Part shown: positions 48,906-58,865 of the stretch, one piece after another
Position numbering within the stretch: position 1 is the first letter of the stretch
How the letters are laid out: every line of letters begins with the position of its first letter
Source: Planctomycetaceae bacterium
GTDB lineage: Bacteria; Planctomycetota; Planctomycetia; Pirellulales; PALSA-1355
DNA length: 64,000 nt
Assembly (NCBI GenBank): GCA_003153375.1
Contig: PLYM01000125.1
Location: forward strand, 14,788-78,787
Direction: 5' to 3'
Translations under genes and position numbers: made by a program
Notes under the pieces: generated by a model
What the model saw: the letters and a program-made list of their open reading frames with translations, nothing else
Told to the model about the DNA's origin: nothing
The model's database searches: none

Positions 48906-49964
48906 ATGCTTCCAACTCTCCACTGGGTCGGCGACGTTGACGGCCATTTGAGTCTGATTGATCAGACGCTACTGCCGACGGAGTTGCGTTCGATCGAGTG
49001 TCGCGACGTGGCCACGACGTGCGAGGCGATTCGCAGTTTGCGGGTCCGCGGTGCGCCAGCGATTGGCATCGCGGCGGCGTATGGCGTGTGCGTCGGCGTG
49101 CAAGGATGTGACGCGGCAGGCCGCGCGGCGTTGGCGGAGCGGCTGGATGCGGTGGTGAAGGAATTGGCCAGCAGCCGTCCGACGGCCGTGAACCTGTTTT
49201 GGGCGCTCGAGCGGATGCGCCGCCGGGCGGGGCAATGCAACGCGAGTGCTGCGGTGCGCGATGTGCGCGAGGCGCTGTTGGCCGAAGCGCGAGAGATTCA
49301 TGAAGAAGATCGGCGAATGTGCCGGCAGATTGGCGAGCACGGCGCCCGGCTGTTGGCCGATGGCCAGGGGGTATTGACGCATTGCAATGCCGGTGGGCTG
49401 GCGACGGCCGACTATGGCACGGCTCTGGCCTTGTTCTTTTCCGCACACGAAGCCGGCAAGCGCATTCATGTTTACGTCGACGAGACCCGGCCCCTGCTGC
49501 AAGGCGCGCGGCTGACCGCCTGGGAGCTTCAGCAGCGCGGCATCGACGCCACGTTGATCTGCGACTCGATGGCCGCTCAAGTCATGCGCGAGGGCAAAGT
49601 GCAGGCCGTCGTGACCGGCGCCGATCGCATCGCGGCCAACGGGGACACCGCCAACAAGATCGGCACCTACGGCGTGGCCGTGCTGGCCGCCGCACACGAC
49701 ATCCCCTTCTACGTCGCCGCCCCGACCAGCACGTTTGATTTGTCTCTAGCCTCGGGCGATCAGATCCCAATCGAGCAGCGCGATCCAAAAGAAATTACCC
49801 ACGGCTTCGGCCGGCAGACCGCCCCCGACGGAATCGCCGTCTACAACCCCGCCTTCGACGTCACGCCGGCGCGGCTGATTCGCGCGATCATTTGCGAGCG
49901 CGGCGTGATTGAGCCGGTGACTGAGCAACGAATCGGTAGGATGGTGGGCTCGAGCGCGCCTTAA
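48906..49964 (+). CDS. mtnA: S-methyl-5-thioribose-1-phosphate isomerase
   Basis: LIDQTLLP, VRGAPAIGIAAAYG, THCNAG, VVTGADRIAANGDTANKIGTY and AFDVTP. Confidence 0.9.
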   Translation: MLPTLHWVGDVDGHLSLIDQTLLPTELRSIECRDVATTCEAIRSLRVRGAPAIGIAAAYGVCVGVQGCDAAGRAALAERLDAVVKELASSRPTAVNLFWALERMRRRAGQCNASAAVRDVREALLAEAREIHEEDRRMCRQIGEHGARLLADGQGVLTHCNAGGLATADYGTALALFFSAHEAGKRIHVYVDETRPLLQGARLTAWELQQRGIDATLICDSMAAQVMREGKVQAVVTGADRIAANGDTANKIGTYGVAVLAAAHDIPFYVAAPTSTFDLSLASGDQIPIEQRDPKEITHGFGRQTAPDGIAVYNPAFDVTPARLIRAIICERGVIEPVTEQRIGRMVGSSAP

Positions 49965-50695
49965 CGCTGGCCCTTGCCTTTGACCCGATCTGTCAGTTTC
50001 GAAACCACCGCCGAATACTCCTTGCGTGCCGCGGCCAGTCCCGCGGGCGTTTTCTTGCCCGAGCCGTTGACGTAGTCCAGCACGATCTTCTCGGCGTCGA
50101 TGAATTCCTGGGTGATGTCGGCGATGTCGGTGGCGATGTTGATGGGGATGTTCGTCACGCCGTTGGCGTCGCCGTGCAGCAGGTCGCCGGGGTCGACGAC
50201 CAGGCCGCCAACGTGGACGGGCAGGCCGATGTGCAGAATGTGGCAGCAGGCGTGCGAGCAAATGGTCGAGCCGGTGAAGACGGGATAGTGGATCGCCTGG
50301 ACTTGCAGCAAGTCGCGGCCGCCGCCCGAGGTGATCAGGCCGACCGAGCCAAAGCCCTTGTAGGTCGAACACATCACTTCACCGAACGTCGCCCCGACGG
50401 CCGGGCTATCGATATCCTGAAACACCATCACGGCCGGGCCGGGCAACTCGGCAAAGCCCTCGACCTGCTTTTCCATCGACCCGTAGGCGTCCCCCTTCTT
50501 CGGGAAGCCACTCGAGCGAAACGCGGCCGTGCTGGCGAAGCCAACCATCGGCGGCATCTCGGGAAAGTTCGCCTTGATGTCCGCGCTCATGAAGCCCTGC
50601 GTCCGCGGGCGAACGTCGAATAACTCAATCACATTGCAAATCGTCGGCGTATCGAATTGGGCCAGTTTATTCAGGGTTTCGGCGGTGATGACCAT
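49961..50695 (-). CDS. RraA-family protein (RraA/aldolase-like fold)
   Basis: DTPTICNVIE, GATFGEVM and ITSGGGRDL fit the RraA-like pattern (from recollection). It overlaps the mtnA stop by 4 nt in convergent orientation. Confidence 0.65.
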   Translation of the reverse strand: MVITAETLNKLAQFDTPTICNVIELFDVRPRTQGFMSADIKANFPEMPPMVGFASTAAFRSSGFPKKGDAYGSMEKQVEGFAELPGPAVMVFQDIDSPAVGATFGEVMCSTYKGFGSVGLITSGGGRDLLQVQAIHYPVFTGSTICSHACCHILHIGLPVHVGGLVVDPGDLLHGDANGVTNIPINIATDIADITQEFIDAEKIVLDYVNGSGKKTPAGLAAARKEYSAVVSKLTDRVKGKGQR

Positions 50696-50929
50696 GGGGC
50701 GTTCCGTTTAGTTGAAGTTTTCGTTGATTGGAGCAGAGAAGTGAGTTTAGAGAAGGGGCGGCGGATTGCAAGTTGGGTTAGGTCGCCAGCGGCCCGCTGG
50801 ATTCGGCCGGTGCGGGGCGCTCATCGAGAGTGGCCGCGAGCGACTTGGGCACCACTCAAGCCCCCGGGGAGCGAATGACGAGCAGCGAGGTGATAAGGAT
50901 CGAGGACTGGGGAATCCTTTGCAGTCAAC

Positions 50930-51940
50930 TCAGTCGAATGCGTTCAGCAATTTGGCGAGATCGACGAACATGATCGTGGTGTCCTGGATCGTGATCATGC
51001 CGTCGGCCTTGTTCAATCCTTCGCTCGCTCCCGGGAAGAATTTGTGCAGGACGTCGGCCGAGACGATCGGCTGCCCGCGATGGGTTTCGATCAGCAAGGT
51101 GTGTCCCTTTGCCAAGGGCAGATTGCGCTCGTAATCGGTGTTGAACGACTTTTGAACCGCCCAGCCTTTGCCGCGCGCCGTTTCGGTCAACACCTTGTAG
51201 TAGGGATCGTTGCCAATGATGTATACCTGCGGCACGGCGGAAACCGCACCGGCCGTGTCGATGGGCAAAAGGCTGCTGTCGAGTTGCTCGAAGAAGGTCC
51301 GAGTCTGCTCTTTCCATTCTTGCCACTGCAATGACATGACCATGCGCTTTGGATCATCGCCCTTGTCGTAAGCAAAACGATTCCCCGGGAGAATGCGTGC
51401 CAGTGGTGAGTAATCCCGGTAAATGAGCTTGGAACCCACGTCGAGCAGCATCCATTTCTCGCCCAAGTAAACTTCCAAGAAGACGTGGCCGGACCATGAT
51501 TCGAAGGGCCGGCCCGTTTTGAAATTCCAGATCCATGCCACGTCCATGGTCTTGACCCAAACCACGGGGATGCCCAGCGCTTTCAACAGCGCGCCGCAGA
51601 CGATTGCCTGATCGGCACAGCTCCCATAGCAGCCGTCGCGGACCGCGTCGTCGAAATTACGCCATGCGTATGCCTTTTCCGCGTTGAATGAAAGGTGCGT
51701 CTCCATCCATTGGAGTACGCGGCGCACCGTGTCTTGAACATCGCGTCCCTTCAGCGCACGCGCCTGCTTGGCGATTGCTTCGCGATCGCCCAAGCTTTCG
51801 ACAATACGTAGGTAATTCTGCGGAGCCGCGTAGTCGATGGAATCGAAGGAGGGCTGACCCGCGAACAGGCAAATCGACCCATGCATCACGAAGACGAAAA
51901 CCAGCCATTGGAGCATGCGCGGCTTGAAAATGGCAATCAT
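50930..51940 (-). CDS. transglutaminase-like domain protein (secreted)
   Basis: It has a signal/anchor sequence (MLQWLVFVFVMHGSICLFA). The Cys-His-Asp-type core is GSCADQAIVCGALLKALGIPV ... GHVFLEVY ... LLDV. Confidence 0.6.
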   Translation of the reverse strand: MIAIFKPRMLQWLVFVFVMHGSICLFAGQPSFDSIDYAAPQNYLRIVESLGDREAIAKQARALKGRDVQDTVRRVLQWMETHLSFNAEKAYAWRNFDDAVRDGCYGSCADQAIVCGALLKALGIPVVWVKTMDVAWIWNFKTGRPFESWSGHVFLEVYLGEKWMLLDVGSKLIYRDYSPLARILPGNRFAYDKGDDPKRMVMSLQWQEWKEQTRTFFEQLDSSLLPIDTAGAVSAVPQVYIIGNDPYYKVLTETARGKGWAVQKSFNTDYERNLPLAKGHTLLIETHRGQPIVSADVLHKFFPGASEGLNKADGMITIQDTTIMFVDLAKLLNAFD

Positions 51941-52034
51941 GAAGGGTCCTCGTTCAGGCTAACGACTTATTCGCGCGTACCTGCGCCCCGAAAACATGTT
52001 CCCATGACGGACCAATAAGTACAGAGGTGGTCAG

Positions 52035-52062
52035 GTGCCATGTCCACGCTCGCCTGGACATG
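52035..52062 (+). repeat. REP-like unit (GGTGC + CATG-capped hairpin)
   Basis: GGTGCCATGTCCACGCTCGCCTGGACATG, with arms CATGTCCA / TGGACATG. It is intergenic, downstream of glnA. Confidence 0.55.
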
Positions 52063-52108
52063 CTTGGCGAGCGCCGACAGTTTGTTGGTAACGCAAATCC
52101 GCAATCAG

Positions 52109-52136
52109 CATGCTTGCGAAGCGCAAGCATGGCACC
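52109..52136 (-). repeat. REP-like unit in inverted orientation
   Basis: CATGCTTGCG-aag-CGCAAGCATG is followed by GCACC. The reverse complement begins GGTGCCATG, as in the other units. Confidence 0.55.
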
Positions 52137-52199
52137 CGACCATTCGAGATCAGGGCCATGCTCGCGTTTATCTGACTCGACGAAAAGTCGTGGCGTCGA

Positions 52200-53633
52200 C
52201 TAAATGTCGTAGTACAAGCAGAACTCGTACGGATGCGGACGCAGACGCATGGCGTCGACTTCTTTTTCGGTCTTGTACCAGATCCAGGTGTCGATCACGT
52301 CGGGCGTGAAGACGTCGCCACGCAGCATGAACTCGTGGTCCTTGCGCAACGCGCCCAGGGCCTCTTCGAGCGAGCCGGGGGTCTTGGGCACTTCGGCCAG
52401 CTCTTCGGGAGCCAGATCGTAGATGTCCTTGTCCAGCGGGCTGCCCGGGTTGATCTTGTTCTGAATGCCGTCGATCACGGCCATCAACATGGCGGCGAAC
52501 GCCAGGTAGGGATTGCAGCTCGGATCGGGGCAGCGGAACTCGACCCGCTTGGCCTTGGGGCTGGGGCTATACATCGGAATGCGGCAACTGGCCGAACGGT
52601 TGCGCTGCGAGTAGGCCAGGTTCACCGGCGCTTCGTAGCCCGGCACCAGCCGCTTGTAGCTGTTGGTCGTGGGATTCGAGAACGCCAGGATCGAGGGGGC
52701 ATGTTTGAGCAATCCGCCGATGGCGTGCATGGCCATCTCGCTCAGGCCCGCATAGCCGCTGCCGGCGAAGAGGGGATTGCCCCCCTTCCACAGCGAGATA
52801 TGCGTGTGCATTCCCGATCCGTTGTCGCCATAGAGCGGCTTGGGCATGAAGGTGACGGTTTTGTTGTGCCGCTTGGCGACGTTCTTGATGATGTACTTAT
52901 AGATCATCATCTGGTCGGCCATTCGCACCAGATCTTGAAAGCGCAGGTCGATTTCGCTCTGGCCGGCCGTGGCCACTTCGTGGTGCTGGGCCTCGACGTC
53001 CAGGCCGCTGTCGATCATGGTCTGCATCATCTCGTTGCGCAGATCCATCAACTGGTCGGCCGGCGGCACCGGAAAGTAGCCCTCTTTGTAGCGCAGCTTG
53101 TAGCCCAGGTTGGGCATTTCCTCGCGGCCGCGGTTCCACTCGCCTTCGATGCTATCGACGTGGTAGTAGCCTTCGTGGGCGTTCTGGTCGAAGCGCACGT
53201 CGTCGAAGATGAAGAACTCGGCCTCGGGACCGATGAAGCAGGTGTCGGCGATGCCGGTGCTCTTGAGATAATTGACCGCCTTGCGGGCCACGTTGCGCGG
53301 ATCGCGCGAGTAATCCTCGCGGGTGATCGGATCTTGAATGTTGCAGATCATCACCAGCGTGGGCAGCTCGGTGAATGGATCGAGAAAGGCCGTTTCGCTC
53401 TGCGGTACGACGAGCATGTCGCTTTCGTTGATCGCCTGCCAGCCGCGGATGCTCGAACCGTCGAAGCCCAGGCCGTCTTCGAACACGTCCTCGACCAGTT
53501 TGCTGACGGGAATCGTGAAGTGCTGCCACAGGCCGGGAAAGTCCATGAATCGCAAGTCGACCGCCTTCACATCCTTCTCACGACACAAGGCCAACACTTC
53601 TTTCGGAGTCATCGCAGCATCTTTTGCAGCCAT
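52200..53633 (-). CDS. glnA: glutamine synthetase, type I
   Basis: The start is taken at [13 protein letters not shown]. Motifs include FDGSSIRGW, the [20 protein letters not shown] region, [17 protein letters not shown] and RVEFRCPD. Confidence 0.95.
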   Translation of the reverse strand: MAAKDAAMTPKEVLALCREKDVKAVDLRFMDFPGLWQHFTIPVSKLVEDVFEDGLGFDGSSIRGWQAINESDMLVVPQSETAFLDPFTELPTLVMICNIQDPITREDYSRDPRNVARKAVNYLKSTGIADTCFIGPEAEFFIFDDVRFDQNAHEGYYHVDSIEGEWNRGREEMPNLGYKLRYKEGYFPVPPADQLMDLRNEMMQTMIDSGLDVEAQHHEVATAGQSEIDLRFQDLVRMADQMMIYKYIIKNVAKRHNKTVTFMPKPLYGDNGSGMHTHISLWKGGNPLFAGSGYAGLSEMAMHAIGGLLKHAPSILAFSNPTTNSYKRLVPGYEAPVNLAYSQRNRSASCRIPMYSPSPKAKRVEFRCPDPSCNPYLAFAAMLMAVIDGIQNKINPGSPLDKDIYDLAPEELAEVPKTPGSLEEALGALRKDHEFMLRGDVFTPDVIDTWIWYKTEKEVDAMRLRPHPYEFCLYYDI

Positions 53634-53707
53634 AAGGTCCCCTTTCCCGGCAAAGAGTGGTCGTTCGCGATTTGCCCGCCGGGCGGCACACTGACGACAC
53701 GGTGCCT

Positions 53708-53723
53708 GGCCACGGCGCTGCCA
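53708..53723 (-). promoter_or_regulatory. candidate sigma-54-type promoter upstream of glnA
   Basis: The reverse strand reads TGGCAG-CGCCG-TGGCC, with GG and GC at the canonical spacing. It lies about 75 nt upstream of the glnA ATG. Confidence 0.25.
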
Positions 53724-53830
53724 CGCGAACCGAAGTTTCGCTTGCCGTTGATCATAGGCGATTAGCGGCGCGTTGCAACTATTTGGACGCCATTGCAAGC
53801 CAGCGGTGGCAAACCGATGGCGAGCGAATG

Positions 53831-56203
53831 TCACCGCGTGCTAGCCACTTGATTCGACTCGATGGCCGCCGGAGCGACGGATTGCGGAGCGGCCCGCCGT
53901 GGGCTCGGCCAGATGCGTTCCATCAGGGCCAAAAAGGCCGGGACGAGGATGGGGCGGACGATGCAGGTGTCGAGCATCACGCCCAACGAGAGGGCAAAGC
54001 CGAGTTCGAACATGCCGCGCAGCGTGCCGGTGATCATCGAGATGAACGTGCCGGCCATGATCACGCCGCAACTGGTGATGATGCCGCCTGTGCGAGCCAC
54101 GGCGCGCCGCAGCCCTTCGATCGGTCCATGGCGCTTCTGTTCCTCGACCACGCGGGTCACGAGGTAAATGTTGTAGTCCTCGCCCACGGCGATCAGGATC
54201 ACGAACAGAAACAGCGGCACCTTCCAGTCGAGCCCGTCGTAGGTCGGACCGTAGCGCCAGGAAAAGAAGAGTTGCGTGGCGCCAATCGTCACGAAGTAAC
54301 TGAACAGCACCGACAGAATCAGGTAGGCACAGACGACCGGCTGCCGCAGCAGCACGATCAATACCGCCAACACCGACAGCACGACCAACTGCTCGATCAG
54401 CCGTTGGTCGCTGCTGGTGACGTCGGCCAGGTCGCGAATGCCGGCCGTCGTGCCGCCGAAGGTGAACTTGGCATTGTGAAAGGCCGACTGCGGGTCGTCT
54501 CGAAGTCCGGCCAGATAGTCATCGACACGATCGACCGTGGCGATGGCGGCCGGCGAGAAGGGGTCGTCGCGCAGCACTAGGTCGAACCGGGCCACGTCCC
54601 CCTTGAGCGCGTCGACCTGCGTCAGATAGCGGGCTTTGGTGATGCGATGCTTGAGCGCGGCCAGCTTGTTGCGGCCACGCGCGCTCAGCGGTTGAAAATA
54701 TCCGGGGCGGTCGCCCAGCGGTTCGGCGATGCTGCTGACGCGGCCGATGCCTTCCAGCTCATACAGTTGTTTGGTGAGCCGGGCGATGTTGCGATTGCCC
54801 TCGGGTTGATCGAAGTGGGCGTTCTCTTCGAGCACCAGCACGGTGAGCGGCGCCATCTCGCCGGCCGGAAAATGACGTTTGGCCATTTTCGTGCCTTGCA
54901 CGCTCGGCGCCGCGTCGGCCAATTCGCTCAGAAAGTCATACGTGATGTGCGGCGACAGCCCGGCCCAAGCCAACGGTGTGAGCAACGCCACGCTGGCCAC
55001 CAGGATCAGTCCGGGTCGCTTGATGATCACGCGGCTGGCCCAATCCCAAAAGCGGCTGACGTGGGCTTCGCGATAGGCGTCGCTTTGGTCGGCCAGGACG
55101 CGGGCGCCCATCGGCCAGAACACGGCGCGGCCGGTTGCGCTCAGCAGCGCCGGCGCCAGCGTGAGACAGGCTACGAGCGTGATCACCAGACACAGCGCGA
55201 TGGCCGGACCGCTGTTGCGAAACTTGCCAAAGTCGGCGAAGAACATCATGCCCAGGCCGCAAATCGTGGTCATGGCGCTGCCGACCAGGGCCTCGCCCAC
55301 CCGTGTGATCGATTCGGCCACTGCGTCGCGTTGGCCCAGGCCGCGTTCGAGCTCTTCCTTGTAGCGGGAAATCAAGAACAGGCAGAAGTCGGTGCCGGCG
55401 CCGAACAGAATCACGACAATGAAGATCTTGGTGGTGGTGAAGATCTTGAAGTTCCACCAGGGAATCGTCTCTTGCCGGGAGAGCTGGGCCAGGATGGCCA
55501 GCGTGTCGGTGGCCACGAAAAACGCGGCGCCGATCGTGGCCAATGGGATCAGCACCAACAGCGGGGCTCGATAGACCAACAGCAGGATCACGACCACGAG
55601 CAGCACGGTCGTGACTTCGGTGTTTTGAATGCTCTCGGAAGCCGATCGCAGCATGTCGCCGCCGATGGCCGCCGATCCGCTGATGCCGACCCGCAGGCCT
55701 TCGGGCGCCGAGGGGCGAGCTTCGTCGAGCACGGCTTGCACTTCTTTGAGCAGCACCAGGTTGGCCGTGGCCATGAACTCGTTCTTGACGTTCAGCAGCG
55801 TGACGGCGGCTTGGCCGTTCTTGCTGACGCGGCTGAGCAGCTTCTCGCCGACGACGTCGGTGTTGCGATTCCAGACTTCGACGATCGGCAGTTCGGCCTG
55901 GTGTTCGCGGAAGCGTTCGGCCAGCCCATCGGACCAGAGCAGGTCGGGCCCTGACAGCGGACCGCCGGGCCGCTCGACAACGACGGCCAGTTCGCTCTTG
56001 GCACGTTCGCCTGGAAAGGCTTGTGCTAGCAGTCGCTCGCACTCGACGCTGGGAAGGTTGGCCGGCAGATAGGCCATGTCGCCGTCGTAGGTCACGTCCT
56101 GCCAGCGAGGCGCGATCGCGTGGATTCCTGCGGCCAAGACCACCCAGACGGTGATCAGGAAGGCCGCGTGACGCGAAATGAATGGCCCCAGCCGCTCGAA
56201 CAC
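53831..56203 (-). CDS. MMPL/RND-superfamily membrane transporter
   Basis: This 790-aa protein has two six-helix bundles separated by soluble loops. The N-terminus (V)[25 protein letters not shown] is typical of MMPL proteins. The start is GTG. Confidence 0.8.
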   Translation of the reverse strand: MFERLGPFISRHAAFLITVWVVLAAGIHAIAPRWQDVTYDGDMAYLPANLPSVECERLLAQAFPGERAKSELAVVVERPGGPLSGPDLLWSDGLAERFREHQAELPIVEVWNRNTDVVGEKLLSRVSKNGQAAVTLLNVKNEFMATANLVLLKEVQAVLDEARPSAPEGLRVGISGSAAIGGDMLRSASESIQNTEVTTVLLVVVILLLVYRAPLLVLIPLATIGAAFFVATDTLAILAQLSRQETIPWWNFKIFTTTKIFIVVILFGAGTDFCLFLISRYKEELERGLGQRDAVAESITRVGEALVGSAMTTICGLGMMFFADFGKFRNSGPAIALCLVITLVACLTLAPALLSATGRAVFWPMGARVLADQSDAYREAHVSRFWDWASRVIIKRPGLILVASVALLTPLAWAGLSPHITYDFLSELADAAPSVQGTKMAKRHFPAGEMAPLTVLVLEENAHFDQPEGNRNIARLTKQLYELEGIGRVSSIAEPLGDRPGYFQPLSARGRNKLAALKHRITKARYLTQVDALKGDVARFDLVLRDDPFSPAAIATVDRVDDYLAGLRDDPQSAFHNAKFTFGGTTAGIRDLADVTSSDQRLIEQLVVLSVLAVLIVLLRQPVVCAYLILSVLFSYFVTIGATQLFFSWRYGPTYDGLDWKVPLFLFVILIAVGEDYNIYLVTRVVEEQKRHGPIEGLRRAVARTGGIITSCGVIMAGTFISMITGTLRGMFELGFALSLGVMLDTCIVRPILVPAFLALMERIWPSPRRAAPQSVAPAAIESNQVASTR

Positions 56204-56470
56204 GAAAAGCGTCCTCGGAAATCCGCCTCGGAAGGGCCGGAGGAAGAACGCCTGACAGAGCGACCGGCCGTATTCAGAATCCTAACGCCCCGAAGCCGGC
56301 GAGGGAACAGGAAGCCCCGCGCGCGATCCAATCGGGCCAGCAGCGCAAGCGGGGAAATAAGTTATCCCGACAGAAAGGGTGCGCTGGGTCCGCAGGCCTG
56401 CCGGCGCCTGATAGCTCGGCGGCGAGGGCAGGCTGGTTGCCGCCTCGCCCTCGACGATCGATTCCGCCGC

Positions 56471-58105
56471 CTAGCGCTTGGCGGTCTGCCGACGGGCCGC
56501 TTGCACGCCCGCGGCCAGCACGGCGTCTTCGGCGTTGGCGTTCGCGGCCACCACGTCGTGGTTCTTGGCGGTGCCGTGTACGACGATGTCGGGTTGCACG
56601 CCGACGTGGCTGATCGGATGACCGTTTGGCGAGTAGAACTTGGCCGTGGTCAGTCGCACGCCCGAGCCGGCCAGGCTGAGCGGGAAGATGCCTTGGACCG
56701 ATCCTTTGCCATAGCTGCGCTGGCCGACCAGGTTGCCGCGGCGATGATCCTGAATCGCTCCCGCAAAAATCTCACTGGCGCTGGCACTGTCGCCATCGAT
56801 CAGCACGACCAGCGGAATGTGCCAGGTGCCGGCCTTGTGGGCGGTGTAGTTGTAGTCTTCCAGGGCGCTGCGACCGCGGGTCGAGACGATCACGCCGTCG
56901 TCGACGAACTTGTCGGCCACCTCGACGCTCGAGGTCAGCAGCCCGCCGGGGTTGCCCCGCAAGTCGATGATCAGGCTCTTCATGCCCTCGCGTTGCAGCT
57001 TCCACAGCGCGGCGTCGAGATCGCGGCTCGTCGTCTTTTGGAAGCAGGTCAGTCGCAAGTAGCCGACACCCGAGTCGCGGTCGACCATCTTGACGTCGTC
57101 CACGCTGGGCACGTCGACGTGCTCGCGGCGAACCGTCAGCCGGCGCGTCGCGCCGCTGAGGCTGATCGTGGCGACGTCCACCAGGCTGCCCTCTTCGCCT
57201 TGCAGCAGGTCGGCCGCCTGATCGGTCGAAAGGTTGGCGGTGGGCTTGCCGTCGACTTCGGTGATGCGGTCTCCGGCGCGAATGCCGGCCCGCTCGGCCG
57301 GGCTGCCGGTGATGACCTTCACGATCTGCAAGGCGCCCGAGTTGGCCTTCAACTCGATGCCCAGACCGACAAAGTTGCCTTCGATCTGCGAGTAGACGTC
57401 GTTCAACTGATCGCTGGTCAGGTAAGACGAGTAGGTGTCGAGCGCCCCGATGGCCCCGCAGGCGAATTCAAAAGCCACGCTCGTGGCCGAGAGCTGCAAC
57501 TGCTGTCGGCCCAACTGCACGGCGGCAGCCACGGCGTCGATCGCACTTTGACGGGTGCGGACGACGCGGGTTTGGCCTTGGCGACGCAATTGAGCGATGA
57601 AGGCGTCGATCTGCTCGGGCGACTTGCCGGTCAGGTTGCGCTGCTGGAAGCCTTTTTCGCGAACCGCGATTTCCAGGTCCTGCGCGCCGCGAGCCACCAG
57701 GGTCGCCCAGTCGGGGGCGGTCACGTAGTGCGATTCGATTTTGACCAGCACTTCCGAATAGAGATCGATCGCTTGCCGCTCGGGCAGGCTGGTGAGCGCC
57801 CGCAGGAAGCTCGAGTCACTATAGCGGCGGCCGAGGTCGTAGTGAATTTTGGCCAGGTTGTGGCGATCCGTGACACCCCGCTCGCTGGGGTACTCGCGAA
57901 TCATCTCGTCGTAGACCGAGAGGGCCTCGCCCCAGCGCTGTTCGGTTTCGAACTGCTGGGCCTTTCGCAACATGCCGTCGGCCGATTCGCCGGCCAGGTC
58001 GCCCGGCGGAGAAGAGCCTTTGCTCTGCGCCGAGGCATTGGCACAAAGCAAGAGCAGACACAGCACAGCCAGTTTCCAACTTTGCCGCTGCGTGATCGTT
58101 TGCAT
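56471..58105 (-). CDS. S41 family C-terminal processing peptidase (helical N-domain, PDZ, S41 core)
   Basis: It has a signal peptide and a PDZ domain (GIELKANSGALQIVKVITGSPAERAGIRAGDRI). The catalytic region is VLIDGDSASASEIFAGA ... YGKGSVQ. Confidence 0.9.
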   Translation of the reverse strand: MQTITQRQSWKLAVLCLLLLCANASAQSKGSSPPGDLAGESADGMLRKAQQFETEQRWGEALSVYDEMIREYPSERGVTDRHNLAKIHYDLGRRYSDSSFLRALTSLPERQAIDLYSEVLVKIESHYVTAPDWATLVARGAQDLEIAVREKGFQQRNLTGKSPEQIDAFIAQLRRQGQTRVVRTRQSAIDAVAAAVQLGRQQLQLSATSVAFEFACGAIGALDTYSSYLTSDQLNDVYSQIEGNFVGLGIELKANSGALQIVKVITGSPAERAGIRAGDRITEVDGKPTANLSTDQAADLLQGEEGSLVDVATISLSGATRRLTVRREHVDVPSVDDVKMVDRDSGVGYLRLTCFQKTTSRDLDAALWKLQREGMKSLIIDLRGNPGGLLTSSVEVADKFVDDGVIVSTRGRSALEDYNYTAHKAGTWHIPLVVLIDGDSASASEIFAGAIQDHRRGNLVGQRSYGKGSVQGIFPLSLAGSGVRLTTAKFYSPNGHPISHVGVQPDIVVHGTAKNHDVVAANANAEDAVLAAGVQAARRQTAKR

Positions 58106-58728
58106 GAGCTCTTTCTTTTACGGGGCTCCAGGACGCCTCGGCATGGTGGCATGCCGCGGAGCGCTCAGCGGGCGAAAGGCTAACCGATCGGCCAGCCAGC
58201 GGCCGCAGTCGCTGCATGTTCGGTGATGTCGTTCAATTCAGCGGCCGGAAAGGCGAATCCATGGCTTCGGCCAGATCAAATATAGGCCACGTTTTGGCGG
58301 TGGTCAAAAACGCCGCGAAAACTTTTTTGCGGCCATTGCATCGCGCATCCGCTACAGATGTTGCCACGGGGTGCTCACCGCGCCGGCTGCAAGAATCGAT
58401 TGGTAAAAATCACACATGCGACATGCTCCCAAGCAATCGAAAAGACGCACGATGCGCAATGTTCCGTGCGCGCCCAGGGCCCCGCACGCGGCAAAAAAAC
58501 GATCCAGCCGCTACAACGCGCACCGCGCGCCTGGCGCCGGTCGAATCGATTGAAACAATTGCCGGCGCGTTGCAACTTTTGCCATGCGAAAACGATGGCA
58601 TTGCCATCAAGCTTTGGATGCGGCGCCTAACAGCGTCACTGGACACTTGGACAGCGGTTGGCGCCCCTGGCAAGGCACGTGAAATCGTCGCATTCGGCGC
58701 CGGTTCTTCAATCGATCGTCGCGTCGTG

Positions 58729-58805
58729 GGTGCCACTGCTGGCTTGTCCAGCAGTGCTTGATCGTCCGCCAGGTTTTCCACTGCTGGACGAGCCAGCAGT
58801 GGCAC
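58729..58805. repeat. REPIN-like inverted doublet of a 28-nt hairpin unit
   Basis: The left unit is GGTGCCACTGCTGG-cttgt-CCAGCAGTG (58729..58756). The right unit is CCACTGCTGG-acgag-CCAGCAGTGGCAC (58778..58805), which is the same unit inverted. The outer 14 nt (58730..58743 and 58792..58805) are perfectly complementary. Confidence 0.7.
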
Positions 58806-58865
58806 ACTGAACCACAGTCGTAGGGTTCGGCGTGCGCGATTTAACGGTTGTGCCGTCGGCTACGG

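Noticed and set aside
53767-53780. 14-mer GGCGCGTTGCAACT shared between the glnA leader (53767..53780) and the S41 upstream region (58564..58577). It contains the palindrome GTTGCAAC.
   Set aside because: In a 64-kb window several identical 14-mers are expected by chance: on the order of 64000^2/2 pairs times 4^-14, doubled for both strands. The flanks diverge immediately, so there is no support for a shared regulatory site.
58216-58761. 181-aa ORF (and the antisense 131-aa ORF 58410..58805) in the spacer upstream of the S41 peptidase.
   Set aside because: It has weak GC3 bias compared with neighbouring genes and no motifs. It terminates inside the REPIN-like repeat, and part of its 'protein' is simply the translated repeat.
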